Assembly (NCBI GenBank): GCA_039818205.1
Contig: JBCBUK010000001.1
Span: 512,001 to 576,000 of the forward strand
DNA from: Verrucomicrobiota bacterium
Lineage (GTDB): Bacteria; Verrucomicrobiota; Verrucomicrobiia; Opitutales; Cerasicoccaceae
Direction of reading: 5' to 3'
Length of the DNA: 64,000 nucleotides
How positions within the stretch are numbered: position 1 is the first letter of the stretch; every line of letters begins with the position of its first letter. Positions 41,364 to 48,762 of the stretch are shown here, piece by piece. The translations under genes were made by a program, and so were the position numbers. Below the pieces are notes generated by a model. It made no database searches, was not told where the DNA came from, and saw only the letters and a program-made list of their open reading frames with translations.

Positions 41364-42797
41364 TTATACCGGCTGCTTTGTGAATCCGATCGGACGCGGG
41401 TTCGAAGTAATATTCGTAAAGTTCGATAGATTCGGCAACACATAGGACATATCGGAAGCAGACACACCAAACCAGCACGCCATTTCCGCAAAAAACTCAT
41501 CGATCGAAGTCGTTGGGAGTATTCGGCCACCCAAGCCCACGTCGTCTGCACCATCAAGTGCCAGACTCGGAAAAGTCCCATAGACTCTGCCCCCATCAAT
41601 TGGGCCACCCCAAGCCATCTGCACTCCACCCCACGCATGGTCAGTTCCTCGACCATTGGATCGCAAGGTCCGGCCAAAATCTGAAGCGGTGTAGGTGATT
41701 ACCTCGTCAGCAACGCCAAAATGCTCCAATGCTTGCTGATAGGCGGAGATTGTTTCGGATAGCTCGTCGAGCATACCGGCTTGCGTGTTCAGCAGCTCGC
41801 CATGATGGTCCCAACCGCCTCGAGTGACATAGATCGTATTGCGACGGAGCCCGAGATCGGCCCGAGCAGCAACCGTTTTCGCAGCAGCCCGCATATCCTG
41901 CCCAAACTTGGAACTCGGAAAAAGACCTGCGACTGCTGAGTCATCGATCGCATCATAGTGACTTTTGAAAATTTCCTGAGCCTCACGACTCTCAGTCATA
42001 TGATTGGCCAGAGCGTCCTGCATCAGATTATTATAGGTCTGAGCAAGCAGATTTTCCATCGCGTAATTCTTCCGTCCTGTCTGAGAATTCAGATTCGGAC
42101 TGTTGCCCGTAGGCAGCAACGCACCGGCATTAGTAATCGAAAACTGTGCAGTATTGTTACCAATCTGATAAACATTGTTGCCCGCCAGCGAAATACTCAT
42201 CGCAGTCGACCCCGTGTTCAAGGTCGAGTGCAACACGTCAGCCATTCGCCCCGCCCATCCGGTCAGTTCGGTCATCCCCTGGGGAACGGACGTCTGCCAG
42301 TGGTAAATCTGGTCGATGTGGGAAAATAGAGCCTTCGGAATGGTCGATCCACCAGCAAGGTATTGCGCAAGGGTCGTTGGCTCAATCAGCGTACCAATGT
42401 TGGCTATGAATGCCAGGCGACGCTTTCCACTAAAGGGACCTGTGCCGTTAAACATTTGCGCCAGCTCGGGACATGATGGATGCAACCCGTAAAGGTTACC
42501 ATCATTTCCAGAATCCTGATCCAAACCAATCAGGTCTCCCTGGCTTAATGCCATGCTGGTTCGCGCCGCACTGTATTCATTGTAACCAGCATCACGGCGC
42601 ACCAGGACATTGAAGCTGTCGCAACCACCGGCGAGCATAATGCAGACCAGCGACTTGCGGTCGTCGCCGGTTGGCAAATTCGCTGCCGCAGCGTTATTCG
42701 CTAACTTTAGATTCAACAGCAGCGACATGATCGACGTTGAGCCGACCGCCGCACAACTCATTTCACCAAGGAACTGTCTTCTAGATAGATTTTTCAT
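41364..42797 (-). CDS. DUF1501-family protein with a Tat signal
   Basis: SRRQFL twin-arginine motif, LVCIMLAGGCDSFN, LFSHIDQ, GWAGR, GGWDHH, SDFGRT, GTDHAWGG. Confidence 0.92.
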   Translation of the reverse strand: MKNLSRRQFLGEMSCAAVGSTSIMSLLLNLKLANNAAAANLPTGDDRKSLVCIMLAGGCDSFNVLVRRDAGYNEYSAARTSMALSQGDLIGLDQDSGNDGNLYGLHPSCPELAQMFNGTGPFSGKRRLAFIANIGTLIEPTTLAQYLAGGSTIPKALFSHIDQIYHWQTSVPQGMTELTGWAGRMADVLHSTLNTGSTAMSISLAGNNVYQIGNNTAQFSITNAGALLPTGNSPNLNSQTGRKNYAMENLLAQTYNNLMQDALANHMTESREAQEIFKSHYDAIDDSAVAGLFPSSKFGQDMRAAAKTVAARADLGLRRNTIYVTRGGWDHHGELLNTQAGMLDELSETISAYQQALEHFGVADEVITYTASDFGRTLRSNGRGTDHAWGGVQMAWGGPIDGGRVYGTFPSLALDGADDVGLGGRILPTTSIDEFFAEMACWFGVSASDMSYVLPNLSNFTNITSNPRPIGFTKQPV

Positions 42798-42807
42798 AAC
42801 CGGATCC

Positions 42808-45678
42808 TTATTTGAGGCAGGCGCCCTCTGGGCTAATGAGCGTTAAATAAACAGCGAGCTCGACCCGATTGGTGTTGTTATTCGTGGATTCGAGCACGGT
42901 CTTGATGATGTTGCGAGTCCCGGAGGTCATCGTTCCGGCGCAGAAAAGCAGTGAGGTTCGGTCGAGGAGCGCATCAATGTTGTTCGCCAATGGCAGAAGG
43001 TCGCTCCAGTCGGGTGGGAAATCGTATTCGTTTCCACCGCCGTTATTCGCCCGGAAACCATTCTCAGCAATTGACCACAACCGATTGGGAAAAGCGATGG
43101 CTGCATACGAGTCGGTAATCTCAAAGACTGGAGAATCCAACTGGTTTTCAGCAATCTCACCCCGCATGCGGAAATCGGGACGATAGTAGTTGAATACTGA
43201 AGGTGCTTCCATTGGCCCTTGCAGCGAGTCCGCGCGATAATTGCCCCAGTCCCACCACATCAAATTAGGGAACCGTCCTAAATTCATCACCCGCGCCAAA
43301 TGCATCGTGCGAATGGTTGGCTCACGAAGGTGTCCAAAGTATTCTGTTCCCAGGTGGTTCATCGGATCCCGAGCCTCCGGGTCCAATAGAATAGCACGAA
43401 CCACGGCGGCCATGTCACCAACTTCGCCGCTACCATTGTCCTGGAAGACAGCCGAAACCCGTGCAACGTATGCCGGAGTGGGGTTCGAGGTGACTAAAAA
43501 CTGAATCAATTGACGACAAACGAACGGGCCGGTATTCGGATGGCGAACCAGATGATAGACTGAATCCTCGATATCTTGAATTCCGTTTGCTTGGGTTGCG
43601 GCGCGAGCCGGAATCACGTGACCAGTAACCAAGGTTTTCGAACCGAAATCATGCTCATTGGGGAACATCTTCATCGGAGTGGTCATATAGAAACCATCGT
43701 CCCGATAGCCACCCATAAAGCTACTCGATGAATACCCCAAACCGGTGAATACTCGAGCCAGCTCCGTGATCTCCTCATTGCCGTAGGTCGGTATGGGCTC
43801 GCCGTGAATGTCCAGCTTTCGGGTTCCGTCAAGGTTCAGCTCCCACAGGCCTATCGTGAAAAGCTGCATAATCTCCCGCGCGAAGTTCTCATCGGGAAAT
43901 CGCTCAATAGAAAGGTCGGCCTTCTGGTTATGAAGGCTACTGAGGTAGTTGCCCATCAACGCATGGCGCGAGACGCGATTGAGCAGATCTTCATAACTGT
44001 CGAAGGCTTCATCGATAAACTGATCGTAGTAGTGCGCGGCTGCTTGAGGCTGATTGGCAAGGCCGGTAGCAGACATCGATGCGACGACGACTTGACTCAG
44101 CGCCCATGCTACCCGCTGTCTCAGTTGATCTTGCCCCTGGATTGTCGCCCTCGCCCAGGAAGTCGAATAACCGGCGCCAAAGAGCTTGATGCTCGAGTTG
44201 CTTGGATAGTCGTCCAGCTCAGGATCCGTTTGCCCGTTGTTGTAGTCTTGTTTGACCGCGAGAACGTAAGGTAGCGTAAACGTCTTTTCCAAAGACATCT
44301 GCTCGTCGATCCAGGCTTCGATACCAATCTGCTGCAGGTATTGAATGTCTTCGTAGGTTGGTCCAAAACTCGCCTGCAAAAGAAAGCGGGCCGCTTGAGC
44401 GTCCGTTAGCTGTTCGGCAGGATTCGTGCGCAGGTAGATTTCATTGAAGGAAGCCAAATCTCCTGAGAGCGTGACGTCCGGATTACCGTCGCCATCAGTG
44501 TCGTAACTCTTTGGACTTCCCGAAGAATTACCTTCCCCAGAAAGATAACTAAATCCGAAATGCTCTTCTACCCAATCGGGAACATCATCGGAATCTCCAT
44601 CAGACTCCGTTATACGGGCGCGGAAGAATTGGCGACTGGTGGCCAGATTCACGTCAGCATAGTGCTCATTCCCAACCATGGTCGACGAGAGACCAGCGTT
44701 TGTCCACGGATCGGTTACACCCAGGTCCGAGGAAGTCTCAACGATACTTGGCCGCAAAACGTTTTCAGGCCACGATAGCTCAAATTCATCCCCACCCTTG
44801 GGTGTCACTTTCAGCTCAAGGCGGCTTTGCGCATCGAAAGGATTCGTTAGCGACTGTGCTTCGCGGCCATTGGAAACACCGTCACCATCCTCATCGAGGA
44901 ACGGCGACAAACCGGACGCACCGTAGATGGACTCCCAGATATCCGGGTAGCCATTCGAATCCATATCCATTTCAGTCGGGTTCGTGACCACCTGATGCGG
45001 TGGCAAGGTCGGCACCGGCGGGATATCGACCGTAAGCTTCACGTTATCGATATAGGCAAAAACATTGCTGCCCGCGTTCGGCTCGTAATCGCTAACCGGT
45101 ACAATTGGCTGAATCCGAGCGATCGGCTCTCCAATATCATTAACGGCAGGAATGACTCCTTCAACCCGGGCATTGATCCAATACCCGTCATCGAACTCGT
45201 CATAAAAGCTGGAAGTTACCGAAATGAAATTTTGATCACTAAACTCGCCGGTAGCGGAAAAGAAACGTAGAAGCAAATAGACGGTATCCTGACCATCCAT
45301 TGTGGTGTTACCCGGAATAAAGAACTGACCGGTGAAGGTAAATTCGGTAACACCCGGAACGATGCGATCGTCCCAAACCATGTCACCCGGGATTTCATAG
45401 GGTGAGGTTGCCATTCGCAACGCTCCCCACTCGGTCGAGCCGTTGTTTGCGCCGTTCATGCGCATCGCGTGGACACCACCGTGGGTTGAATTTGCGGGGT
45501 CGCTGACAATGCTACCTTGGCTTCCGCTCTTCAGGCCATTGTATTTACTCGTGTAGGTTCCAGTAAGGTTTTTTCCATTTCCGTCATCCTGCCACAAAGT
45601 AACGATTTCTGCTCGCAAACAGGAAAGGGAAAATACGGATACAAGCACCAAACACCAAACCGATGTATATAAGCGCAT
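42808..45678 (-). CDS. DUF1800-family protein with an N-terminal beta-sandwich and Asp-rich Ca-binding-like repeats
   Basis: Signal peptide. DMDSNGYPDIWE, DEDGDGVSN and DGDSDDVPDWVE repeats. DUF1800 motifs AARFLLQASFGP, DQLRQRVAWALSQ, PDENFAREIMQLFTIGL, HPNTGPFVCRQLIQFLVTSNP, APSVFNYYRP. Confidence 0.92.
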   Translation of the reverse strand: MRLYTSVWCLVLVSVFSLSCLRAEIVTLWQDDGNGKNLTGTYTSKYNGLKSGSQGSIVSDPANSTHGGVHAMRMNGANNGSTEWGALRMATSPYEIPGDMVWDDRIVPGVTEFTFTGQFFIPGNTTMDGQDTVYLLLRFFSATGEFSDQNFISVTSSFYDEFDDGYWINARVEGVIPAVNDIGEPIARIQPIVPVSDYEPNAGSNVFAYIDNVKLTVDIPPVPTLPPHQVVTNPTEMDMDSNGYPDIWESIYGASGLSPFLDEDGDGVSNGREAQSLTNPFDAQSRLELKVTPKGGDEFELSWPENVLRPSIVETSSDLGVTDPWTNAGLSSTMVGNEHYADVNLATSRQFFRARITESDGDSDDVPDWVEEHFGFSYLSGEGNSSGSPKSYDTDGDGNPDVTLSGDLASFNEIYLRTNPAEQLTDAQAARFLLQASFGPTYEDIQYLQQIGIEAWIDEQMSLEKTFTLPYVLAVKQDYNNGQTDPELDDYPSNSSIKLFGAGYSTSWARATIQGQDQLRQRVAWALSQVVVASMSATGLANQPQAAAHYYDQFIDEAFDSYEDLLNRVSRHALMGNYLSSLHNQKADLSIERFPDENFAREIMQLFTIGLWELNLDGTRKLDIHGEPIPTYGNEEITELARVFTGLGYSSSSFMGGYRDDGFYMTTPMKMFPNEHDFGSKTLVTGHVIPARAATQANGIQDIEDSVYHLVRHPNTGPFVCRQLIQFLVTSNPTPAYVARVSAVFQDNGSGEVGDMAAVVRAILLDPEARDPMNHLGTEYFGHLREPTIRTMHLARVMNLGRFPNLMWWDWGNYRADSLQGPMEAPSVFNYYRPDFRMRGEIAENQLDSPVFEITDSYAAIAFPNRLWSIAENGFRANNGGGNEYDFPPDWSDLLPLANNIDALLDRTSLLFCAGTMTSGTRNIIKTVLESTNNNTNRVELAVYLTLISPEGACLK

Positions 45679-45834
45679 AGGGAGATTTTAGTTTTACCCA
45701 ATTAAAAGGGCAAGTGTGGGGTGATCAAGACAAACGGGATAATCAAAAGATAGGCCCTAAAACTTATCACTTGGGTAAGTGCTTTGCATGGGCTGTCTGA
45801 TTTTTACAATATCTAAACAAACCCAACAAGAACA

Positions 45835-45877
45835 AAAACGAAAAGCTCTAAGCCGCTAAATAATAGCAACTTAGAGC
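45835..45877 (-). terminator. Rho-independent terminator after the DUF1080 gene
   Basis: The minus strand reads GCTCTAAGTTGCTA-ttatt-TAGCGGCTTAGAGC followed by TTTTCGTTTTT. Confidence 0.65.
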
Positions 45878-45945
45878 TCAACGAATTTTTACGCTTTGCT
45901 GAAATACGATCGCAGGGAATCGTATCGCGCAAAAACATTTACAAA

Positions 45946-47121
45946 TTACTTCTTCTTGGGGTCCCAGCCTTGCTCTTCTACGATAACATTAATCGCCTTA
46001 GAATGATCATGTTCTGGGGGAAGCATATCGAATTCGACCAAGAAATTGTACGCCTTATAGAGTGACAAGATCTTCCACTTTCGGCCCTTCTTCTCTTCTT
46101 CATTAAGCGTGGAATACTCTTCGAGATAAGCACCAACAATTGCATCCGCTTCCTCCTGAGTCTCATCTTTACTCATGTATACTTGAGCCTCCAGTAATCG
46201 AAGCGCCTTGTCCAAACCTTGCTTCTGGGCGGCGTCCTCGCGAATGCCGGCAGCAATCTCGGCGCGTTTGGCAAGCGCCGCTTCGGTGCTCAAGCGACCG
46301 TCCGAACCCCCATCAAACTCGCGCGGGCGCAGCGGACGATACCAGATATTGCGAAAACGGACGGGATTACCGTGATCCTGCAGTGACAGTGAACCAACAT
46401 CGGGAAATACGCGGTCAAGAGGCTTGCGCTTTTTGTAGCCCCCTCCCCCGTTGATCGGTGTGCTGTCCTGGATCACTACGCCATTACACATTACGGTTAA
46501 GGAACCGGGATCGAGCACTTCGCCATCACGAACAATTGGGCGGCGGAAAATGATATCGTAGCTCTGCCACTCACCTGGCGGACGCAGCGCGTTTGCAGCC
46601 GGCGGCATCACTCCATACACCGCACCAGCGGTACCATCAGCGTAGGTCGGGTTCTCGTAGTTGTCCAATACTTGCACTTCAACCATGCCCATTAGGAACA
46701 CGCCACTATTTCCGCGGCCCTGGCCTTTGCCTTTAATGTCGCTTGGAGCCGACCATTCAATGTGCAGTTGGCAGTCTCCAAATTTTTCCTTAGTTGCAAT
46801 ATAGCCACCCTTGGGCGCGCAAACCATGGCTCCGTCAACCACGGACCAATCGGATTCGCGCTCGCCTTCCGGCTTGGTGTGGAACCAGTTCGTCTCAAAG
46901 GATTCTTGCGTCCCATCGAAGAGCACGATCGCGTCCGAAGGCGGCGCACCGGGCATCTCCGCAGGATCAACGCGCGGCGGCTGCGGCCGGTTTTGGTCGT
47001 GCACAGCCCAAGCGTGGTGAGCATCGGGTGGATCACCAAAAAAGGTCGTGTACGCATCGCTCATGCTAAGCGCCGAAAGGATGACAACGGAAGGGATTAA
47101 ACGTGTAAGCGGGATTCTCAT
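45946..47121 (-). CDS. DUF1080 (3-keto-disaccharide hydrolase-like) protein with a C-terminal helical extension
   Basis: WAVHDQNRPQP, PPSDAIVLFDG, FGDCQLHIEW, GQGRGNSGVFL, EVQVLD, LQDHGNPVRFRNIW. Start reassigned to ATG 47121. Confidence 0.9.
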   Translation of the reverse strand: MRIPLTRLIPSVVILSALSMSDAYTTFFGDPPDAHHAWAVHDQNRPQPPRVDPAEMPGAPPSDAIVLFDGTQESFETNWFHTKPEGERESDWSVVDGAMVCAPKGGYIATKEKFGDCQLHIEWSAPSDIKGKGQGRGNSGVFLMGMVEVQVLDNYENPTYADGTAGAVYGVMPPAANALRPPGEWQSYDIIFRRPIVRDGEVLDPGSLTVMCNGVVIQDSTPINGGGGYKKRKPLDRVFPDVGSLSLQDHGNPVRFRNIWYRPLRPREFDGGSDGRLSTEAALAKRAEIAAGIREDAAQKQGLDKALRLLEAQVYMSKDETQEEADAIVGAYLEEYSTLNEEEKKGRKWKILSLYKAYNFLVEFDMLPPEHDHSKAINVIVEEQGWDPKKK

Positions 47122-47122
47122 T

Positions 47123-47758
47123 TTATTGTTTTTCTGAAAGGATTGCGATGACCGGTTTGTTTCCACTGGCTCTGGCTACTGATAGAGCGGTATCGCCGTT
47201 GACAGCTTTGACCGACGGATCGACGCCGTTCTCCAGGAGTAGCAGGGTAATTTCTGGGCGCGCGCTTACAGCAGCCTCATGCAGCGGAGTGCCGCCGCGT
47301 TCGCTCAGCGTCATTGCCTCCGCCCCACCCTTCAGGAGGACCTCAATCATCTTCAGGCGATCTTTTGCCGCCGCGTTGTGCAACGGCGTCCACCCGGCCT
47401 TGTCCCACTCGTTGGGCTTAGCTTTTGCTGTCAGCAACTTCTCAGCCACTGTGAGCTGGTCTCGATCCACGGCAAGGTGAAGCGGTGTTCGCTTGCTATT
47501 ATCGGGCGCATTCACATCGGCTCCAGCCTCGATCAGCACAATGGCAATCTCTGAACGCTTTCGCAAAATCGCCTGGTTCAATGGACTAAGCTTCGGATGG
47601 CTCCCCTTATTCGCGCGTTCGGGAAACAGCTCCAAATGCATTTTCACATCCTCGACATCGCCAACGGCGATGGCTTTATCGATGGTTTCATACGTGGTTG
47701 TTTCGGCATAGCACGATGCGGCGAGAAACAAACATAGGGATACAAGATATCGCGTCAT
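47123..47758 (-). CDS. Secreted ankyrin-repeat protein
   Basis: Signal peptide, then repeats SPLNQA, TPLHLA, TPLHNA, TPLHEA, TALSVA. Confidence 0.92.
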   Translation of the reverse strand: MTRYLVSLCLFLAASCYAETTTYETIDKAIAVGDVEDVKMHLELFPERANKGSHPKLSPLNQAILRKRSEIAIVLIEAGADVNAPDNSKRTPLHLAVDRDQLTVAEKLLTAKAKPNEWDKAGWTPLHNAAAKDRLKMIEVLLKGGAEAMTLSERGGTPLHEAAVSARPEITLLLLENGVDPSVKAVNGDTALSVARASGNKPVIAILSEKQ

Positions 47759-47836
47759 AAGAACAGAGGGATCTTAGAGCGATTGAAGCAAGCTGGGCGA
47801 GGGAAATATTTCGGCCTGACTTCAGGCAATCCAAAC

Positions 47837-47873
47837 AAAAAAAGAACCTGGTGAGCTCAGCTCACCAGGTTCT
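47837..47873 (-). terminator. Rho-independent terminator after the second PEP-CTERM gene
   Basis: Perfect inverted repeat AGAACCTGGTGAGCT-c-AGCTCACCAGGTTCT with an A-tract on the left. Confidence 0.8.
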
Positions 47874-47904
47874 ACAAAAATCAAGAAGTTTTCAGACGGG
47901 CCAA

Positions 47905-48594
47905 CTACTCTCTGCGGCGACGGATCAACATGAAACCAAGAATCGCTGAACCGAAGATCAAGCCGTAGGTGCTTGGCTCTGGAACGAGCGTGAAGTTAAT
48001 GTTGTCCATGTAAAGGAAATCCGTTGCAGCAACGCCACCTTGGTCGATACCAATAAACGGACGTGCTTCGTCAACACTACCAGCGATGAAGTCAGAAACG
48101 AGACCAGAGTAGGTGATCGAATACTGACCGGCGAGAGACTCGATACCCGAACTATCAGTCGGACCATTCCCACCGACTCCGTTCAACTTGAACCGAGGCT
48201 GAATATCGCCCACAGCCACAGCCAGATCGGATGGAATATAGATATCGAAAGTCAAAGAATATGCGGTTGTGTCGGGCACGGTCGCGAACTCAATGGGGTT
48301 CGCCGCCGAACGAACAGCAGCAAATGCGTTGTCGAGGATTGACAAGCGAACAAACTGTCCGGACGCCAAGGTAAATGCCGCCGCTGCGGTCGGATCGGTA
48401 GTTGCATCAACAACGATGCTGCTAGCGGTATTCGCCGTCTGGAAATCCGTGCCAGCGAGGGTCTGATTGTTACCCGAAGTACCACCAAGTGTCGCGCCTT
48501 CAAAATCCACTGACCAAATGACTTGGGCAGACAGGACTGGAGCGAGGGCGGAGACACAGGAGACTAGGAGTGTAGACTTAATGAGGTTTTTCAT
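47905..48594 (-). CDS. PEP-CTERM surface protein with a CBM-like beta-sandwich passenger domain
   Basis: Signal peptide, passenger domain from VIWSVDFEG to LYMDNINF, then VPEPSTYGLIFGSAILGFMLIRRRRE. Confidence 0.92.
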   Translation of the reverse strand: MKNLIKSTLLVSCVSALAPVLSAQVIWSVDFEGATLGGTSGNNQTLAGTDFQTANTASSIVVDATTDPTAAAAFTLASGQFVRLSILDNAFAAVRSAANPIEFATVPDTTAYSLTFDIYIPSDLAVAVGDIQPRFKLNGVGGNGPTDSSGIESLAGQYSITYSGLVSDFIAGSVDEARPFIGIDQGGVAATDFLYMDNINFTLVPEPSTYGLIFGSAILGFMLIRRRRE

Positions 48595-48762
48595 AATGAA
48601 TGATTAGGGGGAAGAAAACTAAGGCAACTAGTTAGAATCACCTTTGTTTCTATAGTATACACATTTCACCTGAGCGAAAATAGCGTCATTATCGAAAAAC
48701 AATGCAGCAACCACGCAAAACCCACCCACAATTGCACGGGCGTTCACACTCTTTATACCCCA

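Noticed and set aside
47843..47873. Perfect 15-bp inverted repeat as a possible REP/MITE or operator
   Set aside because: Single copy in the window, directly after a stop codon and with a U-tract, so it is explained as a terminator.
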